Made by a program: the position numbers and the translations under genes. A stretch of 64,000 nucleotides of DNA from Spirochaetia bacterium (GTDB taxonomy: Bacteria > Spirochaetota > Spirochaetia > UBA9216): NCBI GenBank assembly GCA_963675665.1, contig OY776510.1, positions 3,360,001-3,424,000 of the forward strand, given 5' to 3'. Positions 36,745-47,597 of this stretch are shown here, in pieces. Below the pieces are notes generated by a model. The model worked only from the letters and a program-made list of their open reading frames with translations. It was not told the DNA's origin and made no database searches. How positions within the stretch are numbered: position 1 is the first letter of the stretch; each line of letters opens with the position of its first letter.

Positions 36745-38511
36745 ATGGCAGTAAGTAAAGGCAAAGTAATAGGTGTAAATGGAAACATGGTAACCGTAGA
36801 GGTTGAAGATGTTGTTTCCATGAATGAAGTTGCCTATATAGAGGTAGGCGAACAGAGGCTGAAAGCCGAGGTTATCAGGATAAAGGGTGATCGGGCAGAA
36901 CTCCAGGTATTTGAAATGACCGAAGGCATCGGTATCGGCGATAAGGTAAGTTTCTCCGAGGATATGCTTTCTGTACAGCTTGGGCCGGGATTGCTGGGAC
37001 AGGTTTTTGACGGGCTGCAGAACCCGCTTCCGAAGCTTGCGGAGGAATGCGGTTTCTTTCTTGAAAGGGGTGTTTATCTTGAAGCGCTTCCTGCAGACAG
37101 GAAATGGGATTTTACACCGGCGCTTGCAGCCGGCGCTACCGTTGAAAAAGCAGATACTTTGGGAACTGTTCCCGAAGGTATCTTTGAACACCGAATTATG
37201 GTTCCTTTCAACTGCTATGACAGATATACAGTCAAAAAAATTGCAGCTGCAGGTTCATACACCGTCAAGGATGTTATAGCAGAGCTTGAAGACAGCAAAG
37301 GCAATCTGACTGAAATTACAATGAGTTTCAACTGGCCGGTAAAAAGGCCGATATCCGAATATGTTGAAAGATTGCGGCCTGTAAAACCGATGGTAACCAA
37401 GCTCAGGCTGGTTGATACATTTTTTCCTGTTGCTTTGGGTGGAACATATTGTATACCGGGACCTTTCGGCGCAGGTAAAACCGTTCTCCAGCAGGTTACA
37501 AGCAGAAATGCGGATGTTGATATAGTAATAATTGCCGCTTGCGGTGAGCGCGCAGGCGAGGTTGTTGAAACTCTTAAGGAATTTCCTGAGCTTATAGACC
37601 CGAAAACAGGCAAATCGCTGATGGAAAGAACAATTATTATCTGTAATACATCATCAATGCCTGTTGCAGCCCGTGAGGCATCAGTATATACGGCAGTTAC
37701 GCTCGCGGAATATTACCGCCAGATGGGACTGAATGTACTTCTTCTTGCAGACTCAACATCAAGATGGGCGCAGGCAATGCGTGAAATGTCCGGACGTCTT
37801 GAAGAAATACCCGGAGAAGAGGCTTTTCCTGCATATCTTGAGTCAACCATCGCAGGTTTCTATGAGAGAGCAGGACGCGTCAAGCTGAAAGACGGCAGCG
37901 AAGGTTCGGTTACAATCGGCGGAACAGTCTCTCCGGCAGGAGGAAACTTCGAGGAGCCGGTAACGCAGGCTACCCTGAAAGTTGTTGGAGCCTTTCACGG
38001 CCTTTCCAGAGAGCGCTCGGATGCTAGAAAATATCCCGCAATTCACCCGCTTGAGAGCTGGAGTAAATACAGGGGAATTCTCGACGAGGAAAAGACCGAG
38101 ATTGCCCGTGCAATCATATTCAGGGGAAATGAAGTTGAACAGATGATGAAGGTTGTCGGTGAAGAAGGCACAAGTACGGACGACTACATTATATATCTGA
38201 AAGGCGATTTCATCGATTCAATTTACCTGCAGCAGAATTCATTCGACCCTGTAGACAACTCGGTATCTACCGAGCGTCAGGAACATGTTTTTAATATGAT
38301 GTTTGATATAATTACTTCGAAACTTCAGCTTGAAAGCAAGGAAGCGGCCAGAACCTGGTTTTACCAGTTAAGGCAGCGATATCTTGATTACAACGGCGCA
38401 GAGTGGAACAGCAAGGACTTCAAGAAACTGGAAGAAGAGATACTTTCGATGATAAAAGCCAAAAAAAACGGTGTGGATGAAAGTCTCCTGATGCAGCAGG
38501 GAGAGGAGTAG
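36745..38511 (+). CDS. V-type ATP synthase subunit A
   Basis: GPFGAGKT Walker [32 protein letters not shown]. Confidence 0.97.
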   Translation: MAVSKGKVIGVNGNMVTVEVEDVVSMNEVAYIEVGEQRLKAEVIRIKGDRAELQVFEMTEGIGIGDKVSFSEDMLSVQLGPGLLGQVFDGLQNPLPKLAEECGFFLERGVYLEALPADRKWDFTPALAAGATVEKADTLGTVPEGIFEHRIMVPFNCYDRYTVKKIAAAGSYTVKDVIAELEDSKGNLTEITMSFNWPVKRPISEYVERLRPVKPMVTKLRLVDTFFPVALGGTYCIPGPFGAGKTVLQQVTSRNADVDIVIIAACGERAGEVVETLKEFPELIDPKTGKSLMERTIIICNTSSMPVAAREASVYTAVTLAEYYRQMGLNVLLLADSTSRWAQAMREMSGRLEEIPGEEAFPAYLESTIAGFYERAGRVKLKDGSEGSVTIGGTVSPAGGNFEEPVTQATLKVVGAFHGLSRERSDARKYPAIHPLESWSKYRGILDEEKTEIARAIIFRGNEVEQMMKVVGEEGTSTDDYIIYLKGDFIDSIYLQQNSFDPVDNSVSTERQEHVFNMMFDIITSKLQLESKEAARTWFYQLRQRYLDYNGAEWNSKDFKKLEEEILSMIKAKKNGVDESLLMQQGEE

Positions 38512-38515
38512 AAAA

Positions 38516-39811
38516 ATGCGGAAAGTGTACAGTAAAATAGAATCAATTGCCGGAAACGTAATTACGGTAAAGGCGGATGGAATAAAATACGGTGAGCTTG
38601 CCGAGGTTACAACATCTTTCGGAAAATCTCTTGCCGATGTAATAAGGCTTGACGGCGAAACCGTATCATTGCAGGTATATTCAGGAGGCCGCGGAGTTTC
38701 AACAGGTGATGAAGTAAGATTTCTCGGCCACCCGATGAGGGTTTCTTTTTCGGATAATCTTCTCGGACGTATTTTTACGGGAAGCGGAAAACCCAGGGAC
38801 AACGGGCCTGAGCTGACTGAGAACATGATTGAAATCGGGGGGCCGTCGGTAAACCCCGCAAAAAGAATTATCCCGAGAAACATGATCAGGACCGGGTTGC
38901 CGATGATAGACGTTTTCAACTCGCTTGTTGAATCGCAGAAGCTACCGATATTCTCTGTTTCCGGAGAGCCGTACAATGAGCTTCTTGCAAGAATAGCCAT
39001 GCAGGCCGAAGTAGATATGATTATTCTCGGGGGGATGGGGTTAAAATATGATGATTACCTGTTTTTCCGCGACACACTGGAAGAAGGCGGGGCTTTAAGC
39101 AGAACAATATTCTTTGTTCATACAGCAGCAGATCCTATCGTAGAATGTCTGCTTGTGCCGGACATTTCTCTTGCCGTAGCAGAAAAATTTGCCCTGAAGG
39201 GAAAGAAGGTGCTTGTGCTGTTAACGGATATGACGAACTTTTCGGACGCAATGAAAGAAATTGCAATTACGCAGGAACAGGTGCCGTCTAACCGCGGTTA
39301 CCCCGGAGACCTTTACAGCCAGCTTGCTTCAAGATATGAAAAAGCCGTCGACTTTGAGGGGGCGGGTTCGATAACGATTCTCGGAGTTACAACAATGCCC
39401 GGCGATGATGTTACCCATCCGGTGCCTGACAATACGGGATATATAACCGAGGGCCAGTATTATCTTAAAAACGGACGTATAGAACCCTTCGGCTCGCTGT
39501 CAAGGCTTAAACAGCAGGTTAACGGAGATACGAGAGAAGACCACCGGGCGCTGATGGACGGAATGATCAAGCTGTACGCTGCCTATCTTGAGTCCGTTGA
39601 AAAGAAATCAATGGGTTTCAGAATGTCCGACTGGGACACGAAACTTCTGAAATACGGCGTTATTTTTGAAAAGGAAATGATGGATCTGACGGTTAACATC
39701 CCGCTTGAAGGCGCTTTGGACAAGGGGTGGGAAATTCTTGCAGATTGTTTTACTCCTGAGGAGACCGGTTTAAAAACGGATCTTTTGAAGAAGTTCTGGC
39801 CGTCGAAATAA
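38516..39811 (+). CDS. V-type ATP synthase subunit B
   Basis: [23 protein letters not shown] and [15 protein letters not shown] motifs. Confidence 0.97.
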   Translation: MRKVYSKIESIAGNVITVKADGIKYGELAEVTTSFGKSLADVIRLDGETVSLQVYSGGRGVSTGDEVRFLGHPMRVSFSDNLLGRIFTGSGKPRDNGPELTENMIEIGGPSVNPAKRIIPRNMIRTGLPMIDVFNSLVESQKLPIFSVSGEPYNELLARIAMQAEVDMIILGGMGLKYDDYLFFRDTLEEGGALSRTIFFVHTAADPIVECLLVPDISLAVAEKFALKGKKVLVLLTDMTNFSDAMKEIAITQEQVPSNRGYPGDLYSQLASRYEKAVDFEGAGSITILGVTTMPGDDVTHPVPDNTGYITEGQYYLKNGRIEPFGSLSRLKQQVNGDTREDHRALMDGMIKLYAAYLESVEKKSMGFRMSDWDTKLLKYGVIFEKEMMDLTVNIPLEGALDKGWEILADCFTPEETGLKTDLLKKFWPSK

Positions 39812-39826
39812 ATACGGAAGGTAAAC

Positions 39827-40423
39827 ATGGCTAAAGTAAAGCTTACCAAAAATGAGCTTAAAAAACAGAAAGACTCGCTGAAGCGCTTTACCCGATATCT
39901 TCCGACGCTGCAGCTGAAAAAACAGCAGCTGCAGATGGTAATACGCCAGGTGGAAAACGACATCGAAGAAAAACGACGAGAGATAAACAGGTATGAAGAA
40001 ACCCTGAATGAATGGATCAGTGTTTTCGGAGAAGATACCGGAATAGGCGATATTATCAGGATTAAGGAAATCGGGAAAGACAAGGGGAATATTGCCGGTG
40101 TGGATATTCCTGTTTTTAAAAAGCTTGAATTCGAACCGGTAGAATATGATCTGTTTTTAATGCCTCTTTGGGTTGACCAGGGTGTAAATACTTTGAAAGA
40201 ACTTGCCGCCCTGAATGCGGAAATAGAAGTTCTTCTCGAGCAGAAAGAACTTCTTGATAATGAACTACGCACTACTACACAGAGGGTTAATTTGTTCGAA
40301 AAGGTAAAAATACCCGAAACAAGGGAAATAATCAGAAAGATAGGGATTTATCTCGGAGATCAGCAGACTGCTGCAGTTGTGCGGGGTAAGATGGCCAAGG
40401 GAAAAGTGGTTAAGGTATCATAA
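39827..40423 (+). CDS. V-type ATP synthase subunit D
   Basis: LTKNELK, YLPTLQLKKQQL and TTQRVNLFEKVKIP motifs. Confidence 0.93.
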   Translation: MAKVKLTKNELKKQKDSLKRFTRYLPTLQLKKQQLQMVIRQVENDIEEKRREINRYEETLNEWISVFGEDTGIGDIIRIKEIGKDKGNIAGVDIPVFKKLEFEPVEYDLFLMPLWVDQGVNTLKELAALNAEIEVLLEQKELLDNELRTTTQRVNLFEKVKIPETREIIRKIGIYLGDQQTAAVVRGKMAKGKVVKVS

Positions 40424-40424
40424 T

Positions 40425-42242
40425 ATGGCAATAGTTAAGATGAAAAAGGTTTCCCTTGTGTTGTTTGACAAGTACAGGGAAGAATCGCTGGAAAAGTTGA
40501 GAGAAATCGGGGTTGTGCATCTTGAAAAGCTTGAAGGCCGGGGAGAGTATTACGACAGGCTTCATTCTACAGCTGAACAGCTGAAAAATGCAGGAGTGCT
40601 GCTGTCGCCCGACAAGGAAATACTGCAGTCGGAATACAGGGGCGTTGAAGACGCCGTAGAAAAAGCAAAAGAAGTTCTGTCAGTAATTGAACAGAAGAAG
40701 AGCCTTTCTGATAAAGTAAACGGCTGTTTAAAGGAGATAGAACGACTTGAACCGATAGGTGATTTTGAACCTGAAACAGCCGGTACGCTGGCGGAAAAGA
40801 ACCTCGGGTTAACATTGTTTTCTGTCAATAAAACGGATGCAGTGCTTTTTTCCGGAAAAGGCGCCTTCAATGTCGGGGGAACAAAAAGCAAAATGTTTTT
40901 TGCCGTAATCGGAGAAGTTCCTGAAGAGTTAAAAGATTTCGATAAATTCGATCTGCCTGAAAAGTCAATCAGCACGCTAAGAAAGGAAATGTCTGATGCA
41001 GAAGAAGGTATTGCGGAATCTGAAGAAAAAATCAGGAATATGTCAGCATACAGAACTGCTATCCAGAAGGCAGTTGAAGATGTTGAATCTGATATTGATT
41101 TTGAAACAGTACGATCGGGGATCAATATTACCGAAGAACTTTCATATCTGAGAGGATACTGTCCTGAACCTGCAACAGGTAAACTGCAAAAAGAAGCTTC
41201 GGCAAACAGCTGGGGGCTTGTGACGGAAGATCCTTCTGAAGATGATGAGGTGCCGACCCAACTAAAACTGGGCAAGTTCGCATCTTTGCTTGAGCCGGTT
41301 ACAAACTTTCTCGGAATCCTGCCGGGATACCGGGAGTATGATATAAGCTTCTTTTTTCTTTGTTTTTTCTCAATATTTACGGCAATGCTTATAGGCGATG
41401 CCGGATACGGTTCACTGTTTCTAATCATTACAATCGCAGGAATGATTGCTTACAGGGCAAAGAAAGGGAATGTGCCGTGGATATTTTTTCTGCCGCTGCT
41501 TTTAAGTGTAACGACAATAATCTACGGTGCAATTTCCGGAACATGGTTTGCAAGCAAGTCGATTATGGAAATAAGTTTCTTCGACAGTTTGAAACTTGAT
41601 GCTTTCAGGGTGGATTCGGACGCACAGATATCGCTTGTAATGGGAATAAGCTTTTTTCTCGGTATTATTCAGCTTTTAATAGGTGTTGTACAGAATTTTA
41701 AAAAGAATTTTCCCAAATTAAGCAGTTTTGCACAGATAGGATGGTTTGCCGTTCTTGTTGCAATCTATTACCTTGTGCTGACTCTCGTAGTAAAGCGGGA
41801 AGGACTTGAAACATATCCGCAGGAAATGCTTTATGTACTTCTCGGCGGTGTTGTGATCATATTTTTGTTCGGCGCCCAGGAAGAAGGCAGGAGTTTTATC
41901 AGGGGAATAATAAGTTCACTGACAAATTTCCTTCAGCTGTTTCTTGATGTAGTAGGAACTTTTTCGGATATAATGTCTTATGTTAGGCTGTTTGCCGTTG
42001 GTCTTGCATCCGTTAAAATTGCAGAAACATTTAATCAGCTGGGCGCGCAGATGTCGGACGGTCCCATAATAATATTCGGAATTGTAATTGTCATACTAGG
42101 ACATACAATTAATATTGTACTTGGACTGATGGCTATTCTTGTGCATGCCGTCAGGCTTAATATCCTTGAATACTCAGGCAAAGTTGGTGTTGAGTGGTCA
42201 GGGTTTAAATACGAACCTTTCAAAATAAATAAGGAGAATTAA
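40425..42242 (+). CDS. V-type ATP synthase subunit I
   Basis: MKKV start, PGYREYD, GDAGYG, DIMSYVRLFAVGLA, HAVRLN..E; ATG at 40425. Confidence 0.93.
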   Translation: MAIVKMKKVSLVLFDKYREESLEKLREIGVVHLEKLEGRGEYYDRLHSTAEQLKNAGVLLSPDKEILQSEYRGVEDAVEKAKEVLSVIEQKKSLSDKVNGCLKEIERLEPIGDFEPETAGTLAEKNLGLTLFSVNKTDAVLFSGKGAFNVGGTKSKMFFAVIGEVPEELKDFDKFDLPEKSISTLRKEMSDAEEGIAESEEKIRNMSAYRTAIQKAVEDVESDIDFETVRSGINITEELSYLRGYCPEPATGKLQKEASANSWGLVTEDPSEDDEVPTQLKLGKFASLLEPVTNFLGILPGYREYDISFFFLCFFSIFTAMLIGDAGYGSLFLIITIAGMIAYRAKKGNVPWIFFLPLLLSVTTIIYGAISGTWFASKSIMEISFFDSLKLDAFRVDSDAQISLVMGISFFLGIIQLLIGVVQNFKKNFPKLSSFAQIGWFAVLVAIYYLVLTLVVKREGLETYPQEMLYVLLGGVVIIFLFGAQEEGRSFIRGIISSLTNFLQLFLDVVGTFSDIMSYVRLFAVGLASVKIAETFNQLGAQMSDGPIIIFGIVIVILGHTINIVLGLMAILVHAVRLNILEYSGKVGVEWSGFKYEPFKINKEN

Positions 42243-42243
42243 T

Positions 42244-42663
42244 ATGGATTTTGGTATTATCGGACAGGCCGGAGCTTTAGGACTTGCTGCTGTAGGATCG
42301 GCATTAGGATGCGGTACAGCCGCGCAGGCCGCCGTCGGTTCATGGAAAAAGGCGCTTGTCGCCAATAAAGCTCCCAGTATGCTGCTTGCTGCGTTTGTCG
42401 GGTTCCCGCTTTCACAGACACTTTACGGCTTCCTGGTTATGCTTGTTGTAGTTCCCGCAAAAACCGGCGACATGAAACAGCTTGCTACAGGTCTATTCGG
42501 AGGACTTGCCATAGGCATGTCGGCATGGTTTCAGGGTAAGGCTGCAGCAGCAGCTTGTGATGCCCAGACTGAAACCGGTAAGGGTACTGCACAGTATGTT
42601 CTTGCGCTTGGTATAGTTGAATCAATAGCCATTCTGGTATTGGCGTTCCTCTTCCTTATATAA
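42244..42663 (+). CDS. V-type ATP synthase subunit K (proteolipid)
   Basis: Four transmembrane helices; PLSQTLYG, SAWFQG, GIVES. Confidence 0.93.
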   Translation: MDFGIIGQAGALGLAAVGSALGCGTAAQAAVGSWKKALVANKAPSMLLAAFVGFPLSQTLYGFLVMLVVVPAKTGDMKQLATGLFGGLAIGMSAWFQGKAAAAACDAQTETGKGTAQYVLALGIVESIAILVLAFLFLI

Positions 42664-42670
42664 AATACAG

Positions 42671-42696
42671 CAGGGGTATTCATCAGAATGCCCCTG
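42671..42696 (+). other. Hairpin at the end of the V-ATPase operon (no U tract)
   Basis: CAGGGGTATTC-ATCA-GAATGCCCCTG. Confidence 0.6.
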
Positions 42697-42702
42697 AAAA
42701 AT

Positions 42703-43755
42703 ATGGATAGAAAAAAAACCGAATCTGTAACTGTCGGCAATAATAAAATCGGCGGCGGCAGCAGAATTACTGTTCAGACAATGTGGAAGAAGAGCCTGCA
42801 TAATCTGTCTGAACAGGATATCAATGAAATAAGGACTATTGAAAATCTCGGTTGCGACATAATCAGGTTTTCAGTTCCGGATATTAAAAGCGCCGGTATA
42901 CTTAAAGAATTAAAAAAACATATAAATATGCCTCTTGTCGCTGATATACATTTCGACTACAGGATTGCGCTTGAATGTATCGGGTTCGGAATAGATAAAA
43001 TACGAATAAATCCGGGTAATATAGGCGCTTCATGGAAGGTTGAAGAAGTTTTAAAATCTGCAGCTGATAAGAATGTCCCGATAAGAATAGGTATTAACAG
43101 CGGTTCAATGCCGAGAAAACTGTCAGATATGGACGACAAGGCTGAAGCTATGCTGAAAGCCGCAGATGATGAAATTGAGATACTTGAAAAAAACAGATTC
43201 GGGAATGCCGTATTTTCCCTGAAATCTTCAAATGCAGAGGCCACTATACGGGCCAACAGAAAATTCTCATTAAAATATAATTATCCTTTGCATCTTGGAA
43301 TTACCGAAGCCGGTCCTTTAACAGCCGGGCTTGTAAAATCTTCCATTGCCTTATCAAAACTGCTGGATGAAGGAATAGGTGACACCCTGAGAGTTTCATT
43401 GTCCGACACTCCCGCCAATGAGGTCATTGCCGGCCGCGAAATACTCAGGGCATGCGGATTGTCGGAGTACGGCGTAAATATCATATCCTGTCCAAGATGC
43501 GGACGATCGACATTTGATACCCATAAATTCCTGGAGTCAATTTTTGATGAGCTGTACCTGATAAAAGAACCGTTGAATATTGCTGTAATGGGTTGTGTGG
43601 TTAACGGACCCGGAGAAGCTTCGGAAGCGGATATCGGGATAACCGGAATCGGTAATAAAATTGTAATTTTTAAACATGGTAAGATTTTCACTAAAATTGA
43701 CGAGAATAAAGGCAGGGAAGAATTCCTGAAACTACTGAAAAGCTTTCAAAGCTAG
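42703..43755 (+). CDS. ispG: 4-hydroxy-3-methylbut-2-en-1-yl diphosphate synthase
   Basis: PLVADIHF, RINPGN, YPLHLGITEAG, SCPRCGR and AVMGCVVNGPGE motifs. Confidence 0.95.
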   Translation: MDRKKTESVTVGNNKIGGGSRITVQTMWKKSLHNLSEQDINEIRTIENLGCDIIRFSVPDIKSAGILKELKKHINMPLVADIHFDYRIALECIGFGIDKIRINPGNIGASWKVEEVLKSAADKNVPIRIGINSGSMPRKLSDMDDKAEAMLKAADDEIEILEKNRFGNAVFSLKSSNAEATIRANRKFSLKYNYPLHLGITEAGPLTAGLVKSSIALSKLLDEGIGDTLRVSLSDTPANEVIAGREILRACGLSEYGVNIISCPRCGRSTFDTHKFLESIFDELYLIKEPLNIAVMGCVVNGPGEASEADIGITGIGNKIVIFKHGKIFTKIDENKGREEFLKLLKSFQS

Positions 43756-43769
43756 ATTGCGGAGTTTTT

Positions 43770-44723
43770 TTGAAAAATAATCTGTGTAGAATATTTATAT
43801 TTTCTTTGCTTTTAATATTTATTTCTGCAGCATTTGTGTCGGCTCAGGATTTAAGAGAACAGGAAAAAATTAAAAAAATTGAAGAATCATACCGGCTGAA
43901 TATCCCTGTCTGGCTTCTTTACGAGTACGGACGCCAGGCATATGAGCTTGGTGAATACGGTCTTGCATCAAGAGTTTTTCGTGAAGCTATCGACAGGGCG
44001 GGTATTGCCCCTGAAGCAGAGATTTGGCTGGCAAGAATCTTTGAAAATGAAGGTGAATACAACCTGGCAGAAAAACAGTATCTCAAAGCTCTTGAATATA
44101 AAAACGACTTATACGTTATAGAAGAAGAAATTGATTTGCTGTACAGTCTTGCAGAGATCTATCGGAAAACTGATCAATACGGAAAATATGAAAAAACCCT
44201 GATCTCGGTAATTGAAAATGATTCTGAAATACGAATAAATATGAACCTTCAGTACTCAATGATTGATGTATTGAAGAAACGCGGTATTGATAAAATGTTT
44301 GAGCTGTATCGTTACGAAAAAACAAAATATAATAGCGCAAGAACGGGCCTGGGAATATTTTATTATCGTACAGGAAGATATTCGGAAGCTGAAATAAATT
44401 TGATTCTGCCGCTGGTATCAGTTGCGACCACAGGATTTAATTACATATACGATAAAACTGCGAATTATGAATTTACAAATATTCTGTCACATATAAAACG
44501 AATGCTTGAATACCCTGAACTTTCGCAATTTCTTGAAACATATGAGTTTTTTCAAACATTATATTATCTTGCAGCGTCACTGTATGCAGACGGGTTTTAT
44601 GATTCAGCATCAGAAATATGGATGATAATAACGGAATGCGACAAAGATGACAGCACCTGGACAAAACGTTCTGAAAGGCAGCTTGAAGATCCGTTTATAG
44701 AACCTGTTATCCGGCAGCGTTAA
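43770..44723 (+). CDS. Exported TPR-repeat protein
   Basis: Signal peptide ending VSA-Q; TPR patterns ([23 protein letters not shown]). Confidence 0.75.
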   Translation: MKNNLCRIFIFSLLLIFISAAFVSAQDLREQEKIKKIEESYRLNIPVWLLYEYGRQAYELGEYGLASRVFREAIDRAGIAPEAEIWLARIFENEGEYNLAEKQYLKALEYKNDLYVIEEEIDLLYSLAEIYRKTDQYGKYEKTLISVIENDSEIRINMNLQYSMIDVLKKRGIDKMFELYRYEKTKYNSARTGLGIFYYRTGRYSEAEINLILPLVSVATTGFNYIYDKTANYEFTNILSHIKRMLEYPELSQFLETYEFFQTLYYLAASLYADGFYDSASEIWMIITECDKDDSTWTKRSERQLEDPFIEPVIRQR

Positions 44724-44775
44724 TAACATGCGGCACTTGAACAGCAAAGAAATTAATCGTACTTTCTGAATATCT

Positions 44776-47595
44776 ATGGATAAAATAATCATTAAAGGTG
44801 CCCGTGAGCACAATCTTAAAAATATTGATCTTGAGCTTCCCCGAGACAAGCTGATTGTCATATCCGGTATCAGCGGCAGCGGGAAATCATCATTGGCATT
44901 TGATACAATATTTGCTGAGGGGCAGCGCAGGTATGTTGAATCACTGTCCTCTTACGCAAGACAGTTTCTGGGAAGGCTTGATAAGCCGGATCTTGACTAT
45001 ATTGAAGGGCTGTCCCCTGCAATTTCAATTGAACAGAAGACAACTCATCGAAATCCGCGATCAACAGTCGGAACAGTCACTGAAATATATGATTACCTGA
45101 GATTGTTGTTTGCAAGAATAGGTAAACCGCACTGCCCTGAATGTGGAAAGGAAATAAAGGAGCAGTCGGTTGATCAGATAATTGATACGCTGATGACATA
45201 TCCTGTCAATTCAAAAATTATGCTTCTTGCTCCTGTTATAAGAGCAAAAAAGGGAGAACATCAGAAAATTATTGATGACGCCAGAAAAGCGGGGTTTGCA
45301 AGAGTCAGAATTGACGGGCTGACTGTAAGCCTTGAAGATGAGATAAATCTTGAGAAAAATAAAAAACATACAATCGAAATTATTGTCGACAGGATTAAAA
45401 CCGGCGAAAACGTACGGAAAAGGATAGCTGAATCAGTTGAAACATGTCTGGATATTGCCGACGGCCAGGTTATTGTCGTAAAAAAAGAGGAAAACGGAGA
45501 GCATTCGGAATACTTTTCAAGAAAAAATTCCTGCCCTGATTGCGGAATTAGTATCCCGGAACTTCAGCCGAGACTGTTTTCATTCAACAATCCCGAAGGC
45601 GCCTGCCCGGAATGTTCGGGATTGGGCATAATGATGGAATTTGACAGGGATTTGGTTATTCCCGATATGAGTTTGTCGTTTAATGAAGGTGCTGTAAAAA
45701 CACATAACCCGGAAGCAAACTGGCACAGAAGCTGGTTTGAAGCTTTGGCGGATTATTATAAATTCAGCCTTGACACTCCTTTTAATAAGCTTCCTGAAAA
45801 AATAATAGATATTATTCTGTACGGCACGGACGACAAGATAGATGTAACTTACGTTAATAAAAAGAACACGGGGAAATTCGAATACAGCAGCAGTTTTAAG
45901 GGAATTCTCTCCGAGCTGAAACGTCGCTATAAAGAATCGTCAAGCAGTTACATAAGAGAATGGCTAGACGGATTTATGAGTCAGAGTGTATGTAACGCGT
46001 GCGGAGGAAAACGTCTCAGGCGTGAAAGCCTGGCTGTAAAGATTAATAAAAAGAATATATTTGATACGACACTCATGTCGGTAAGCGAAGCATGTAATTT
46101 TTTTATGAACCTGCAACTGACTGAAACAGAACGTAAAATATCATCACAAATCCTTAAAGAAATTAATTCCAGGCTTCATTTTATGCAGAGTGTAGGTCTC
46201 GACTATCTTACACTGGAAAGAAAGGCTTCAACGCTGTCGGGGGGAGAAGCTCAGAGAATCAGGTTGGCCACACAGATAGGGGCATCGCTTGTCGGTGTCC
46301 TGTATATTCTTGATGAACCGACAATAGGTCTTCACCAGAGAGATAATACCAGACTGATCGAAACGCTTGAGCATCTGCGCGATATTGGTAATACCCTGAT
46401 AGTAGTTGAGCATGACGAGCAGACTTTAAAAACTGCCGACTATATTGTTGATCTCGGCCCGGGCGCCGGAGTACATGGAGGTTTTGTTACAGCCCAGGGT
46501 ACATATGAAGAAGTGCTGAAGAACAGCAACAGCCTGACGGGGCGTTACCTTTCCGGAGAAATATCAATAAAAATTCCGGAGAAAAGACGCAATGGAAACG
46601 GCAGTAAAATTACAATAACAGATGCTTCGGAGCATAACCTGAAAGGAATAACGGCTGAATTCCCGCTTGGAGAATTGATTGTTATTACAGGTGTTTCCGG
46701 CTCCGGGAAATCGACCTTGATGGGAGATATCCTTTATCCGGCCCTTTTCAATTCGGTTAACAGGCATCACAGGGCTTGCGGCAGTTTCGGAAGTATAAGC
46801 GGAACTGAAAATATCGACAAAATAATCAATATTGATCAGAGCCCGATTGGACGTACGCCGAGATCCAATCCGGCAACCTATGTGGGTTTGTTTACACCGA
46901 TACGTGAACTTTTTGCGTCGCTGCCGGAATCCAAAGCCAGAGGATACAAACCCGGCAGGTTTTCATTCAACGTTAAAGGCGGGCGGTGTGAACATTGCCA
47001 GGGCGACGGAACAAAAAAGATCGAAATGCATTTTCTTTCGGATGTATATGTAACCTGTGACGTTTGCGACGGAAAACGTTTCAACAGGGAAACCCTTGAT
47101 ATACGGTATAAGGGCAAAAATATTTATGAAGTTCTTGAAATGACAGTTGAAGAAGGCTTGAGTTTTTTCAGAAATATTACAAAAGTACGGCAGAAACTTC
47201 AGACCCTGTGTGATGTCGGTCTTGAATATATAAAGCTTGGACAATCTGCATTGACGTTGTCCGGAGGCGAAGCCCAGAGAATCAAACTTGCTCTTGAACT
47301 GTCGAAAAGAAATACCGGGAAAACATTTTATATTCTGGATGAACCTACAACAGGTCTGCATTTTGCTGATGTTAAAAAACTTCTGGAAGTACTTCAAATG
47401 CTCGTTGACAAGGGTAACACAATTGTACTGATAGAACATAACCTTGATGTTATAAAGCAGGCAGACCATATTATTGATCTGGGCCCGGAAGGCGGCGACA
47501 AGGGCGGCAAAATAATAGCTGAAGGAACTCCGGAAGAAATCGTAAAAAACAAAAAATCATATACAGGTTATTATCTCAAAGAGGTTTTAATATAG
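44776..47595 (+). CDS. uvrA: Excinuclease ABC subunit A
   Basis: GAREHNLKN, two Walker A (GSGKS), LSGGEAQR twice, zinc fingers. Confidence 0.98.
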   Translation: MDKIIIKGAREHNLKNIDLELPRDKLIVISGISGSGKSSLAFDTIFAEGQRRYVESLSSYARQFLGRLDKPDLDYIEGLSPAISIEQKTTHRNPRSTVGTVTEIYDYLRLLFARIGKPHCPECGKEIKEQSVDQIIDTLMTYPVNSKIMLLAPVIRAKKGEHQKIIDDARKAGFARVRIDGLTVSLEDEINLEKNKKHTIEIIVDRIKTGENVRKRIAESVETCLDIADGQVIVVKKEENGEHSEYFSRKNSCPDCGISIPELQPRLFSFNNPEGACPECSGLGIMMEFDRDLVIPDMSLSFNEGAVKTHNPEANWHRSWFEALADYYKFSLDTPFNKLPEKIIDIILYGTDDKIDVTYVNKKNTGKFEYSSSFKGILSELKRRYKESSSSYIREWLDGFMSQSVCNACGGKRLRRESLAVKINKKNIFDTTLMSVSEACNFFMNLQLTETERKISSQILKEINSRLHFMQSVGLDYLTLERKASTLSGGEAQRIRLATQIGASLVGVLYILDEPTIGLHQRDNTRLIETLEHLRDIGNTLIVVEHDEQTLKTADYIVDLGPGAGVHGGFVTAQGTYEEVLKNSNSLTGRYLSGEISIKIPEKRRNGNGSKITITDASEHNLKGITAEFPLGELIVITGVSGSGKSTLMGDILYPALFNSVNRHHRACGSFGSISGTENIDKIINIDQSPIGRTPRSNPATYVGLFTPIRELFASLPESKARGYKPGRFSFNVKGGRCEHCQGDGTKKIEMHFLSDVYVTCDVCDGKRFNRETLDIRYKGKNIYEVLEMTVEEGLSFFRNITKVRQKLQTLCDVGLEYIKLGQSALTLSGGEAQRIKLALELSKRNTGKTFYILDEPTTGLHFADVKKLLEVLQMLVDKGNTIVLIEHNLDVIKQADHIIDLGPEGGDKGGKIIAEGTPEEIVKNKKSYTGYYLKEVLI

Positions 47596-47597
47596 TT

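Noticed and set aside
38368-41428. Long antisense ORFs (210, 229 and 288 aa) over V-ATPase genes
   Set aside because: Ser/Phe-rich shadows of the sense codon bias, fully overlapping well-conserved genes
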